From assembly GCA_049582365.1 (NCBI GenBank), contig JBAUTW010000122.1:26183-90182 (forward strand): 64,000 nt of DNA, in the 5' to 3' direction. The translations under genes were made by a program, and so were the position numbers. Positions within the stretch are counted from its first letter, which is position 1. Every line of letters begins with the position of its first letter. Source of the stretch: Burkholderiales bacterium. GTDB lineage: Bacteria; Pseudomonadota; Gammaproteobacteria; Burkholderiales; SG8-39. Positions 48,365-57,806 of the stretch are shown in pieces. The notes under the pieces were generated by a model that made no database searches, was not told the DNA's origin, and saw only the letters and a program-made list of their open reading frames with translations.

Positions 48365-49615
48365 TTACTGGAAGTTGAAACCGACCTCGGGGTGGCGCCC
48401 GGAAACGAGGTCCGCAAGCGCACGCCCTGAGCCGCAGGCGAGCGTCCAGCCGAGGGTCCCGTGGCCGGTATTGAGATATAGATTGCGCAACCGCGTACCG
48501 CCGATCAACGGTACGTTGTTCGGAGTGGCGGGCCGCAGACCCGCCCAGGGCGTGATTTCGCCGAACGGCGCGAGCCGCGGAAACAGCTGCCGCACGCGCT
48601 CGAGAATTGCCTCGCAGCGAACCGGATTGACTTCCGTGTCGTACCCGCCCAGCTCGGCGGTGCCTGCACTGCGTAGGCGGTCGCCCAGACGCGAGATGAC
48701 GATCTTGCATGCCTCGTCGGTCAGGCTGACGTTCGGCGCGACGGCCGCCTGCTCCGGTGTCAGAGGGATCGTGATCGAGTACCCCTTAAGCGGGTAGACC
48801 AGCATGCGCACCCCGAGCCGCGCGCATAGCAGGGGGCTGTAGCTGCCGAGTGCCACGACGTAAGCGTCACCCTCGATCCGCTCGACCCCGACACTGCGCG
48901 CGGTTACGCCGATAACCCGGTCTGCGGCAGTCTCGATCGCCTGCACGGTCGTTCCGTAACGGAAGCTCACCCCGCGCGCCTGCGCCAGGCGGGCCAGTCC
49001 CTGCGTGAATTCGAAGGCGTCGCCCGACTCGTCCTGCGGCGTGTGCACACCGCCCACGATGTCGACGGTGCTGCTCGCCAGCGCGGGCTCGAGCGCGATG
49101 CACTCGGCGCGCGACTTCACCTCCCGCTCAACGCCGAGCCGTCGCATCGACTCCGCGTGCCGCGCGAGCGCCGCGAATTCCTGCTCGTCGGTGCAGAAGT
49201 GCAGGATGCCGCGCCGCGAGCTCTGGTATTCGATGCCGGTGCGCTCCCGCAGCGTGGCCAGGCAGTCACGGCTGTAGAGCGCAAGCCCAGCCAACTCGCG
49301 CGTGTTGCGCGCGAACCTTCCGGGAAGGCATTCGAAGAGAAAGCGCAGGCCCCATTCCCATTGCGCGAGGCTGGCACGGGGCCGGAACAGCATCGGCGCA
49401 TCCTCGCGCCCGAGCCACTTTATCATCTTGGGCAGGACGTCCGGACGCGCCCATGGTTCGGCGTGTCCGGCTGAAATCTGACCGCCATTGGCAAACGACG
49501 TCTCTCTCCCCGCGTCGGACTGACGTTCGACGACGGTGACGTCGTGGCCCGCCTCGGCGAGATACCACGCCGAGGCGACGCCCACTACGCCCGCGCCAAG
49601 CACGACGACTTTCAA
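48365..49615 (-). CDS. dadA: FAD-dependent D-amino-acid dehydrogenase-like oxidoreductase
   Basis: N-terminal Rossmann motif KVVVLGAGVVGVASAWYLAEAGHDVTVVERQ and DadA-like sequence throughout. I prefer TTG 49615 (MKVVVLGAG), with GGGGAGAA 6 nt upstream, over GTG 49642. Confidence 0.78.
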   Translation of the reverse strand: MKVVVLGAGVVGVASAWYLAEAGHDVTVVERQSDAGRETSFANGGQISAGHAEPWARPDVLPKMIKWLGREDAPMLFRPRASLAQWEWGLRFLFECLPGRFARNTRELAGLALYSRDCLATLRERTGIEYQSSRRGILHFCTDEQEFAALARHAESMRRLGVEREVKSRAECIALEPALASSTVDIVGGVHTPQDESGDAFEFTQGLARLAQARGVSFRYGTTVQAIETAADRVIGVTARSVGVERIEGDAYVVALGSYSPLLCARLGVRMLVYPLKGYSITIPLTPEQAAVAPNVSLTDEACKIVISRLGDRLRSAGTAELGGYDTEVNPVRCEAILERVRQLFPRLAPFGEITPWAGLRPATPNNVPLIGGTRLRNLYLNTGHGTLGWTLACGSGRALADLVSGRHPEVGFNFQ

Positions 49616-49684
49616 TCGAAGTTCTCCCCGCTGGTCACCCACGCTATGATAGCCACTGCTCCCACCTTAGCCAGAAACGCCGTA

Positions 49685-50230
49685 ATGCCAATCTTCTCGA
49701 TCGGTGACCGTCACCCCGAATTCCGCGGCGAGCACCACTACATCGCCCACGACGCGACGCTGGTCGGCGCTATCACCATCGAGAACGAGGCGAGCGTCTG
49801 GTTCCAAGTTGTCATCCGCGCCGAGAACGACCGCATTCATGTCGGTGAAGGCTGCAACGTGCAGGACGGATCGGTGCTGCACGTCGATCCCGGTTTTACG
49901 CTCACCTTGGGAAGGATGGTAACGATCGGACACAAGGTGATGCTGCACGGCTGCACCGTCGGCGAGGGCTCCCTGGTCGGAATCAACAGCGTTGTCATGA
50001 ACGGCGCACGCATCGGCAAGGGGTCCCTGATCGGCGCCAACACGCTGATTCCCGAAGGCAAGGAAATCCCGGATGGCGTGCTGGTGCTCGGATCTCCCGG
50101 CAAGGTCGTGCGCGAATTGCGCCAGGAAGAGCGCGACAATCTGGTAAAGATCGCGCAAGGCTACATCGACCGCTCCAAGTGGTACCGGAGGGAGCTTCGC
50201 GCCCTGGCGCTGCCGCCCTCCGCCGCCTAA
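49685..50230 (+). CDS. gamma-carbonic-anhydrase-like hexapeptide-repeat protein (YrdA/PaaY family)
   Basis: Start re-set to ATG 49685 (MPIFSIGDRHPEF...), giving 181 aa. Left-handed beta-helix with His ligand context VQDGSVLHVD...IGHKVMLHGC. Confidence 0.8.
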   Translation: MPIFSIGDRHPEFRGEHHYIAHDATLVGAITIENEASVWFQVVIRAENDRIHVGEGCNVQDGSVLHVDPGFTLTLGRMVTIGHKVMLHGCTVGEGSLVGINSVVMNGARIGKGSLIGANTLIPEGKEIPDGVLVLGSPGKVVRELRQEERDNLVKIAQGYIDRSKWYRRELRALALPPSAA

Positions 50231-50234
50231 ACGG

Positions 50235-51002
50235 TCATTTCGGCGCCATGCGGATCGCGCCGTCGAGGCGGATCACTTCTCCATTCAGCATTTCGTTCTC
50301 GACAATGCTTCTCACCAGCTGCGCGTACTCCGCGGGTCGCCCGAGGCGGGGCGGGAACGGAACCATCTTGCCGAGCGAGTCCTGTGCCTCCTTCGGCAGC
50401 CCCATCAACATCGGCGTTTCGAATATGCCTGGCGCGATGGTACAAACGCGAATTCCGCTGCGCGCGAGGTCGCGGGCAATCGGCAGCGTCATGCCGACGA
50501 CCCCGCCCTTCGAGGCAGAGTACGCCGCCTGACCGATTTGCCCGTCGAACGCGGCGACCGATGCCGTGTTGACGATCACGCCGCGTTCGCCTGCTGCGTT
50601 GGGCCCGGCTTTGGCCATCGCATCCGCAGTCATACGGATCATGTTGAACGTTCCGATCAAGTTCACGCCGACAACGCGTGCGAAGCTCGCGAGCCGATGC
50701 GGCCCGTCTTTGCCAATCGTCTTTTCGGCGATGGCGATGCCGGCGCAGTTCACCAGGACATGTACGCCCCCGAATGCGCTCAGCGCCAGCTGCACAACTG
50801 CCGCCGCATCGGCTTCTGCGGTAACGTCGGTGCGCACGAAGCGCGCGGCGGCACCGAGCGACTTCGCAAGCTCGTTTCCTGCCTCCGCCTGCATATCGGC
50901 GAGCACCACTTTGCCTCCACCCTCGACCGCCATCCGGGCGGTCGCTGCGCCAAGGCCGGATGCGCCGCCAGTGATGAGAAACACGCTGTTCTTGATCTGC
51001 AT
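50235..51002 (-). CDS. short-chain dehydrogenase, 3-hydroxyacyl-CoA dehydrogenase type-2-like
   Basis: Start re-set to ATG 51002 (GGAG 5 nt upstream), giving 255 aa. TGGASGLG cofactor motif and catalytic YSASKGGV. It resembles the HSD17B10/FadB2-type SDR. Confidence 0.85.
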   Translation of the reverse strand: MQIKNSVFLITGGASGLGAATARMAVEGGGKVVLADMQAEAGNELAKSLGAAARFVRTDVTAEADAAAVVQLALSAFGGVHVLVNCAGIAIAEKTIGKDGPHRLASFARVVGVNLIGTFNMIRMTADAMAKAGPNAAGERGVIVNTASVAAFDGQIGQAAYSASKGGVVGMTLPIARDLARSGIRVCTIAPGIFETPMLMGLPKEAQDSLGKMVPFPPRLGRPAEYAQLVRSIVENEMLNGEVIRLDGAIRMAPK

Positions 51003-51096
51003 GGGGACTCCGTTGTGAACGGCCGGAACAGTGACCAATTTGAAGCATATAACGGAATATTCTTGAGGCCACGGCCCCAATCGTGGACAATTCCAG

Positions 51097-51118
51097 TTTT
51101 TGAACGGCTGTTCAAAAA
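51097..51118. promoter_or_regulatory. perfect 9-4-9 inverted repeat (candidate operator) in the divergent SDR/flavoprotein control region
   Basis: TTTTTGAAC-GGCT-GTTCAAAAA. It is flanked by a 9-nt direct repeat, AATCGTGGA, at 51079-51087 and 51117-51125. Confidence 0.35.
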
Positions 51119-51168
51119 TCGTGGATGCGCTTTCCCGGAACTCTGCTCAATTGCACCTAGGCTTCGGC

Positions 51169-54100
51169 ATGAACTTCGGCGATCTGTACGATCGCCAGGC
51201 GCTGCGCTCGCTGGACGGCGCCTTTCTCGACTTCCTGGGCGAAGCGGACGCCGGGCTTCGCAACCGCCTTGCGGCTGCGCGCGAAGCGCCGGACCAGCTC
51301 GCGCCCAAAGACGAGTCGGAACTATTGATCGCGCTCGCGCCGCACCTGGACGATTTCATCGCACGCCTATTCGGAATCGAGACCGAGGTCCAGGCCCTCG
51401 CCACGCGCCACCACGAGCTGGCGCCGCTGTATTCGGTCAAACGGCTTTTCGTGCAGCGCCGCGCCCTGCACAAGATCAGTGCCGAGGAGGCCCAGCGCGT
51501 GGACGGCGCGATCGCCGAGCAGCAGCTGGTCGCCAAGTTCGGCGAACCGTTCAGCGAGCTTGCCTTCGCGCGCCATGTCACCGAATGGCAGAAGGACGAA
51601 GCAGCGAACGCGGAGGCGCTCGAGCTCGCCGCGCGCTACGCGGCGTGGGCGACGGTGACGCCGGAGGGCAAAGCACGACATCGGGCCGGTGTTTTGTTCA
51701 AGGCGCCCAGGAAGCTCGACTTCATGCGCCTGGTCCCGGTCCATACCGATGCCTCGCAGGGCTACCCGCGACATACGCTTGCCTCCGAACACCTGCGGCG
51801 CCGGGAAGGCTTCGGGCTGACCGACGCGGGGACCGACCTGGTCGGCGCGCTCGACCAGGCGAACTATTGCATCTGGTGCCATGAGCAAGGCAAGGATTCG
51901 TGCTCGAAGGGGCTGAAGGAGAAAGCTCCCACGCACGGCTTCAAGAAGACAGTGTTCGGCGTCACCCTCGCCGGCTGCCCGCTGGAGGAAAAGATATCGG
52001 AGTTCCACATGGTCAAGACGCGCGGCCAGCTGCTGGCGGCGCTCGCCATCATCACGGTAGACAACGCGATGGTCGCCGGCACGGGGCACCGCATCTGCAA
52101 CGACTGCATGAAATCCTGCATCTACCAGAAGCAGGAGCCGGTCGACATTCCGCAGGCTGAAACACGCACCCTCAAGGACGTGCTCGGGTTGCCGTGGGGT
52201 TTCGAGATCTACTCGCTCTTGACGCGCTGGAATCCGCTCGATTTGCGGCGACCGTATCCCCGCCCAGCGAGCGGCAAGCGCGTGCTGGTGGTCGGTCTCG
52301 GGCCGGCCGGATTCACGGTGGCGCACCATCTGATGAACGACGGCCACACTGTAGTCGGCATCGATGGCCTGAAGATCGAACCGCTCGACCCGGGTTTGAG
52401 CGGCGTCGACCCATTGGGCGTACGCAAGCCCTTCCGGCCCATCCGCAGCCTCGATGAGCTGTACGAGCCGCTCGACGAACGCCTCATGGCCGGCTTCGGC
52501 GGCGTCGCCGAGTACGGAATCACGGTGCGCTGGGACAAGAACTTCCTGAAAATCATACGTCTGTTGCTCGAGCGCCGAACCGAGTTCGCCATGTTCGGTG
52601 GAGTGCGGTTCGGCGGCACACTGGGCGCCGAGGATGCCTTCGCGCTCGGCTTCGATCACATAGTGCTCGCCGCGGGCGCCGGCCGCCCGACGCTGCTGGA
52701 CGTGCCCAATGGCCTCGCCCGAGGCGTACGCGCGGCGTCGGACTTCTTGATGGCGCTGCAGCTGACCGGTGCCGCGCGGCGCGACTCGATCGCCAACTTG
52801 CAGATCCGCCTGCCTGTGGTGGTCATCGGCGGCGGCTTGACTGCGATAGATACCGCGACCGAGTCGCTTGCCTACTATGTCGTGCAGGTGGAGAAATTCC
52901 TGTCGCGCTACGAGGCTCTCAGCTCGGAACGTGGCGAAGCTACGGTGCGCGAGGCATGGAACGCAGAAGAGACGGACATCGCCGACGAGTTCGTGGCGCA
53001 CGCGCGCTCGATTCGCGCGGAGCGCGCCGCGGCGCGGGCCGAGGGGCGCGAGCCGAAGCTGCTCGAGCTGCTGCAGTCCTGGGGCGGCGTCACGATCGCC
53101 TACCGCAGGCGGCTGGTCGACGCGCCTTCCTACACGCTGAACCACGAGGAGGTCGAAAAGGCTCTGGAGGAAGGGATCAGCTTCGCCGAAGGCCTGTCGC
53201 CGACGAGGATCGAAATCGACCAGTTCGGACATGCCAGCGCGGTGCGTTTCGCCCAGCAGGGCGGCAGCGAGGTCGAGCTTCAGGCGCGCTCGGTGCTGGT
53301 CGCGGCCGGCACGCAGCCCAACACTGTACTGGGGCGCGAAGATCCCACGCACTTCAAGCTCGACGGCAAGTACTTCGAGGCCTGCGACCCGGCGGGCAAT
53401 CCGGTCAAGCCCGAGCGAGCCATCTCCAAGCCTTTGCTGCCGAGCGTCTTGATGTGGCGCACCCGCGATGGCAGGTTCGTAAGCTATTTCGGCGACCTGC
53501 ATCCGTCCTATTTCGGCAACGTGGTGAAGGCGATGGGGGGCGCCAAGCAAGGCTACCCCACGGTCAGCGCAATGCTGGCAAAAGTCAGCCCGGCATCGGC
53601 GCTTGACGATGCTGCGTTCCTCGCGCTGCTGAATCGCGAATTGCGCCCAGTCGTTCACGAGGTCAAGCGCCTGACGCCGACCATCGTCGAAGTCGTGGTC
53701 CGCGCCCCAGCCGCCGCACGACGCTTCCGACCCGGGCAGTTTTACCGCCTGCAGAATTTCGAATCTCTCGCGCCTCGCGTCGGCGACACCACACTGGCAA
53801 TGGAGGGGCTAGCGCTGACCGGAGCCTGGGTGGACAAGGCGCGCGGCGTCCTTTCGACCATTATCCTCGAGATGGGCGGCTCGTCGGATCTGTGCGCCCA
53901 TCTGACGCCCGGCGAACCGGTCGTTCTCATGGGCCCGACCGGCACGCCGACCGAGATTCCGCCTGACGAAACGGTTGTCCTGGCGGGCGGCGGGCTGGGC
54001 AATGCAGTTCTGTTTTCGATCGGCCAGGCACTGCGCGCCGCTGGCTCCAAGGTGCTCTACTTCGCCGGCTACAAGAAGGACGCAGACCGCTACAAGGTCG

Positions 54101-54633
54101 AGGAGATCGAGAAGGCGGCTGACGTCGTCGTCTGGTGCTGCGACCGCCCCCCCGGTTTTCAGGCCCGCCGGGCGCAGGATCGAAGTTTTGTCGGCAATAT
54201 CGTCGATGCGATGCTCGCCTACGCCCGGGGCCAGCTCGGAGAGCACTCGATCTCCTTTCACGACTGCGACCGACTGCTGGCGATCGGATCGGACCGCATG
54301 ATGGCCGCTGTGGCTCGGGCCCGGCACAACGAGCTCAAGGACTATCTCAAGGCGTCCCATCTGGCCATCGGCTCGATCAATTCGCCCATGCAGTGCATGA
54401 TGAAGGAAGTGTGCGCGCAGTGCCTGCAGCCCCACGTCGACCCGGTCACCGGCGATCGAAGCTACGTCTTCTCCTGCTTCAACCAGGACCAACCGCTCGA
54501 TCTGGTGGATTTTCCGGCCCTTGACCAGCGGTTGCGCCAGAACGGAGTGCAGGAGAAACTGACGGCACAGTGGATCGACCGCTGTCTGCGCGAACTCCAA
54601 TTGCGGACTCGGAGCGCAGCCGTCTTGAGCTAA
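51169..54633 (+). CDS. large fused iron-sulfur flavoprotein: unassigned N-domain + GltD/NfnB-like + PyrK/NfnA-like modules
   Basis: About 1154 aa from ATG 51169. The start is uncertain: the ORF track uses TTG 51100, which lies inside the palindrome. Cys clusters CIWCHEQGKDSC...GCPLEEKISE...ICNDCMKSC resemble the two [4Fe-4S] sites of glutamate synthase small-subunit-type proteins. There are two dinucleotide-binding motifs (VLVVGLGPAG, VVVIGGGLTAIDTA). The C-terminal ~290 aa look like an FNR/PyrK module (RPGQFYRL...VLMGPTG...VLAGGGLG) ending in a 2Fe-2S-type motif CMMKEVCAQC...C. Confidence 0.78.
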   Translation: MNFGDLYDRQALRSLDGAFLDFLGEADAGLRNRLAAAREAPDQLAPKDESELLIALAPHLDDFIARLFGIETEVQALATRHHELAPLYSVKRLFVQRRALHKISAEEAQRVDGAIAEQQLVAKFGEPFSELAFARHVTEWQKDEAANAEALELAARYAAWATVTPEGKARHRAGVLFKAPRKLDFMRLVPVHTDASQGYPRHTLASEHLRRREGFGLTDAGTDLVGALDQANYCIWCHEQGKDSCSKGLKEKAPTHGFKKTVFGVTLAGCPLEEKISEFHMVKTRGQLLAALAIITVDNAMVAGTGHRICNDCMKSCIYQKQEPVDIPQAETRTLKDVLGLPWGFEIYSLLTRWNPLDLRRPYPRPASGKRVLVVGLGPAGFTVAHHLMNDGHTVVGIDGLKIEPLDPGLSGVDPLGVRKPFRPIRSLDELYEPLDERLMAGFGGVAEYGITVRWDKNFLKIIRLLLERRTEFAMFGGVRFGGTLGAEDAFALGFDHIVLAAGAGRPTLLDVPNGLARGVRAASDFLMALQLTGAARRDSIANLQIRLPVVVIGGGLTAIDTATESLAYYVVQVEKFLSRYEALSSERGEATVREAWNAEETDIADEFVAHARSIRAERAAARAEGREPKLLELLQSWGGVTIAYRRRLVDAPSYTLNHEEVEKALEEGISFAEGLSPTRIEIDQFGHASAVRFAQQGGSEVELQARSVLVAAGTQPNTVLGREDPTHFKLDGKYFEACDPAGNPVKPERAISKPLLPSVLMWRTRDGRFVSYFGDLHPSYFGNVVKAMGGAKQGYPTVSAMLAKVSPASALDDAAFLALLNRELRPVVHEVKRLTPTIVEVVVRAPAAARRFRPGQFYRLQNFESLAPRVGDTTLAMEGLALTGAWVDKARGVLSTIILEMGGSSDLCAHLTPGEPVVLMGPTGTPTEIPPDETVVLAGGGLGNAVLFSIGQALRAAGSKVLYFAGYKKDADRYKVEEIEKAADVVVWCCDRPPGFQARRAQDRSFVGNIVDAMLAYARGQLGEHSISFHDCDRLLAIGSDRMMAAVARARHNELKDYLKASHLAIGSINSPMQCMMKEVCAQCLQPHVDPVTGDRSYVFSCFNQDQPLDLVDFPALDQRLRQNGVQEKLTAQWIDRCLRELQLRTRSAAVLS

Positions 54634-54670
54634 GATTTCCTCCGTCGTGGACCGGTACTCGGAGATGCGC

Positions 54671-55867
54671 ATGAATATCAAGCACGGGTTGCTCGCACTT
54701 ACGCTGCTCGCCGCCACGGCCGCCGGTGGCAACGCCGTTGCTCAACCCATCAAGGTCGGTGAACTGAACAGCTACAAGCTGTTTCCGGCATTTCTGGAGC
54801 CGTACAAGAAGGGCTGGCAGCTCGCGATGGAGGAGATCAACGCCGGCGGCGGCATCAATGGGCGCAAGCTCGAGGTCGTATCGCGCGACGACGGCGGCAA
54901 CCCCGGCGCCGCGGTCCGGGTTGCAGAGGAACTGATTACGCGCGACAAAGTCAGTATATTGATGGGCGAGTTCGCTTCGCACATCGGTCTTGCGGTTTCG
55001 AACCTCGCCAATCGGCGCAAGGTGGTGTTTGTCGCTGCGGAGCCACTGACCGACAAGCTCGTATGGGAAGACGGCAACCGCTACACCTTCCGCCTGCGCC
55101 CGTCGACCTACATGCAAGTCGCGATGCTGGTGCCTGAGGCCGTGAAGCTGCATAAGAAGCGATGGGCCATCGTGTATCCGAACTACGAATACGGTCAATC
55201 CGCGACTGAATCGTTCAAGAAACTGATGGCAGCGGCGCAGCCAGGAATCGAGATCGTCGCCGAACAAGCCCCGCCGCTGGGCAAGATCGACGCCGGCGCG
55301 GTGGTCCAGGCTCTGTCGGACGCCAAGCCGGACGCCATCTTCAGCTCGCTGTTTGCGGCCGACCTGCAAAAATTCGTGCGCGACGGCAACATCCGAGGAC
55401 TGTTCAAGGGTCGCGCGGTGTTCAACCTGCTGGGCGGCGAGCCGGAGTATCTCGAACCGCTCAAGGACGAAACGCCCGAGGGCTGGTGGGTGACAGGCTA
55501 TCCGTGGCGTGAAATCAAGACGCCTGAACACGAGAAATTTCTTGCCGCCTACGAAAAGCGCTGGCGTGATCACCCTCGCCTCGGCTCCGTCGTCGGCTAT
55601 GCCGCGATGTACTCGGTGGCCAACGCTCTGAAGAAGGCAGGCTCGACCGACAGCGACGCCCTGATCGCGGCGCTTGAAGGCCTCGAAATGCAAACTCCGT
55701 TTGGGCCCATCGTCTACCGTGCGGTCGACCATCAGTCGACGATGGGGGCGTATGTCGGGCAACTCGCGAAAAAGGACGGTGAGGGGGTAATGGTCGACTG
55801 GCACTTCGCCGACGGGGCCGCGTATCTGCCATCGCCGGCCGAGGCCAAGTTGCTTCGTCGGCCGTAA
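54671..55867 (+). CDS. ABC transporter substrate-binding protein, branched-chain amino acid (LivK/type I PBP) family
   Basis: Start at ATG 54671 (GGAGA 5 nt upstream). Signal peptide MNIKHGLLALTLLAATAAGGNAVAQ, then PIKVGELNSY...EEINAGGGINGRKLEVVSRDD, typical of Leu/Ile/Val-type binding proteins. Confidence 0.85.
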   Translation: MNIKHGLLALTLLAATAAGGNAVAQPIKVGELNSYKLFPAFLEPYKKGWQLAMEEINAGGGINGRKLEVVSRDDGGNPGAAVRVAEELITRDKVSILMGEFASHIGLAVSNLANRRKVVFVAAEPLTDKLVWEDGNRYTFRLRPSTYMQVAMLVPEAVKLHKKRWAIVYPNYEYGQSATESFKKLMAAAQPGIEIVAEQAPPLGKIDAGAVVQALSDAKPDAIFSSLFAADLQKFVRDGNIRGLFKGRAVFNLLGGEPEYLEPLKDETPEGWWVTGYPWREIKTPEHEKFLAAYEKRWRDHPRLGSVVGYAAMYSVANALKKAGSTDSDALIAALEGLEMQTPFGPIVYRAVDHQSTMGAYVGQLAKKDGEGVMVDWHFADGAAYLPSPAEAKLLRRP

Positions 55868-55892
55868 TGCCATCGAGGTATCGGATCGCATT

Positions 55893-55920
55893 CGCCGGGC
55901 ATGTCCCGGCGATTTTGTCT
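55893..55920 (+). terminator. hairpin plus T-rich tract between binding-protein and permease genes (attenuator)
   Basis: CGCCGGG-CATGT-CCCGGCG followed by ATTTTGTCT. This is the typical arrangement that gives excess binding-protein transcript in ABC operons. Confidence 0.45.
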
Positions 55921-55922
55921 TG

Positions 55923-57806
55923 ATGACCACGTCGGCGATCCTGATCCAGTTCCTGAACGGCCTGGCCGGCGCCAGTTCGCTCTTTCTGGTGGCTGCGGGC
56001 CTGTCGATCATCTTCGGCGTCACGCGGATCGTCAATTTTGCCCACGGCTCATTCTTCATGCTGGGCCTGTACGTGGCCTACAGCCTGATCGACAAGTTCG
56101 GCCACGGGACGGTTGGATTCTGGGGTGGCGTGGCACTCGCCGCAGTTGCCGTCGCGCTGCTCGGCGCGCTAGTCGAAATGCTGCTGCTGCGTCGTATCTA
56201 CGCGGCGCCCGAGCTGCTGCAACTGCTTGCCACGTTCGCGCTGGTGCTGGTGATTCAGGACTTCACGCTCTGGGCGTGGGGTCCGGAGGACTTGCTCGGC
56301 CCGCGCGCGCCGGGCCTGAGCGGCGCGGTGAACATCGCCGGGCATCAATTTCCGCAGTACGACCTGTTCCTGATCGTTCTCGGTCCGACAGTGCTGCTGA
56401 TGCTCAACTTCCTGTTGAATCGCACTCGATGGGGCACGCTCGTGCGCGCAGCAACCGAGGACCGCGAGATGGCAGGCGCGCTCGGAGTCAATCAGAAGTG
56501 GATGTTCACGACTGTGTTTGCTCTCGGCGCCTTGCTCGCCGGCGCGGGAGGAGCATTGCAGATTCCGCGCGAGCCTGCGAGTCTCTACCTCGATCTGTCG
56601 GTCATCGCCGACGCCTTCGTCGTGGTGGTAGTGGGCGGACTGGGCTCCATTCCCGGCGCGTTTCTCGCCGCACTGCTGATTGCCGAGATCAAGGCGTTCT
56701 GCATCGGCATCGGCGACGTCACGATTGCAGATAGCGTGATTTCGCTTTCCAAGCTAACGCTGGTGGTCGAGTTTGTGGTCATGGCGGTAGTGCTGGTGCT
56801 GCGGCCCTGGGGCCTGCTCGGCCGGCGCCCGACCCCGCCGCGCAGCGCGAGTGCCGTTGAACGCCCGCCTGTGCTGCCGTCGCGCCGCGCCCTTTACGCG
56901 CTCGCGGCCTGTGGCGCCGCGCTCGCCCTGCTTCCGGCGCTGACGACCGGGTATCTGCTCATTCTCCTGACCGACATATTCGTATTCGCTTTGTTCGCGG
57001 TCAGCCTGCACTTCATCATGGGACCCGGCGGAATGCCGTCCTTCGGTCATGCGGCCTACTTCGGCCTTGGGGCCTACGGGGCAGGGCTGCTCCTGCAACG
57101 CGCCGGATTGCCGATGGAACTCGCCCTGCTGCTGGGGCCCCTCGTGGCTGGCGTGGGGGCACTGGCGTTCGGCTGGTTCTGTGTCCGGCTGTCCGGCGTG
57201 TATCTCGCGATGTTGACGCTCGCGTTCGCCCAGATCAGCTGGTCAATCGTCTTCCAGTGGGATTCGATGACCGGCGGCTCCAACGGCCTGATCGGCGTGT
57301 GGCCTGCAGGCTGGCTCGCGTCCAGAACGTCATACTATTTTCTCGCGCTCGTCACCGGCGCCGGCGGCATCGTCATGCTATGGCGCATGCTTCATTCACC
57401 ATTCGGATACGCCTTGCGCGCCGGACGCGACTCGCCCCTGCGCGCCGACGCCATTGGCATCGACGTACGGAGCCAACAGTGGGCCGCTTTTGTCATTGCG
57501 GGTCTGTTTGCCGGCGTTGGCGGCGCCGTCTATGTCTTCTCCAAGGGCTCAATATCGCCCGACTCGCTCGCCGTGCCGCGTTCGATCAACGGCCTGGTCA
57601 TGGTCTTGCTCGGCGGCGTCCAGACGCTCACCGGACCGGTATGGGGCGCGGCGCTGTTCACCTGGCTGCAGGACGCGGCAGCGCGCAATGTCGAGTATTG
57701 GCGCGCCGTCATCGGCCTGATCATCATTGCGCTTGTACTCGCCTTTCCGCAGGGCCTTGCCGGCTTCCTGCGAGACCGCTTCGCAGGTGAACGGGACGCG
57801 TCGTGA
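55923..57806 (+). CDS. fused branched-chain amino acid ABC permease (LivH-like + LivM-like halves)
   Basis: About 627 aa polytopic protein. The N-terminal half (ILIQFLNGLAGASSLFLVAAGLSIIFGVTRIVNFAHG) is LivH-like. The C-terminal half (LLILLTDIFVFALFAVSLHFIMGPGGMPSFGHAAYFGLGAY) is LivM-like. Confidence 0.85.
   Translation: MTTSAILIQFLNGLAGASSLFLVAAGLSIIFGVTRIVNFAHGSFFMLGLYVAYSLIDKFGHGTVGFWGGVALAAVAVALLGALVEMLLLRRIYAAPELLQLLATFALVLVIQDFTLWAWGPEDLLGPRAPGLSGAVNIAGHQFPQYDLFLIVLGPTVLLMLNFLLNRTRWGTLVRAATEDREMAGALGVNQKWMFTTVFALGALLAGAGGALQIPREPASLYLDLSVIADAFVVVVVGGLGSIPGAFLAALLIAEIKAFCIGIGDVTIADSVISLSKLTLVVEFVVMAVVLVLRPWGLLGRRPTPPRSASAVERPPVLPSRRALYALAACGAALALLPALTTGYLLILLTDIFVFALFAVSLHFIMGPGGMPSFGHAAYFGLGAYGAGLLLQRAGLPMELALLLGPLVAGVGALAFGWFCVRLSGVYLAMLTLAFAQISWSIVFQWDSMTGGSNGLIGVWPAGWLASRTSYYFLALVTGAGGIVMLWRMLHSPFGYALRAGRDSPLRADAIGIDVRSQQWAAFVIAGLFAGVGGAVYVFSKGSISPDSLAVPRSINGLVMVLLGGVQTLTGPVWGAALFTWLQDAAARNVEYWRAVIGLIIIALVLAFPQGLAGFLRDRFAGERDAS

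Noticed and set aside
47469-48710. N-terminal extensions in the ORF track. Examples: hydrolase 413 aa, rpsO 175 aa, queF 198 aa, dapE 581 aa, skp 239 aa, CDF 334 aa. They could be read as novel domains or as overlapping genes.
   Set aside because: The extensions are Arg/Pro-rich, overlap the upstream gene, and precede an internal start that has an SD and a homology-consistent N-terminus. They are artefacts of taking the longest ORF.
51097-51118. The GAAC-N4-GTTC core of the palindrome resembles the Gram-positive LexA (Cheo) box.
   Set aside because: Proteobacterial LexA boxes are of the CTGT-N8-ACAG type. The flanking genes are metabolic, not SOS genes. I keep the site as an unknown operator rather than a LexA site.
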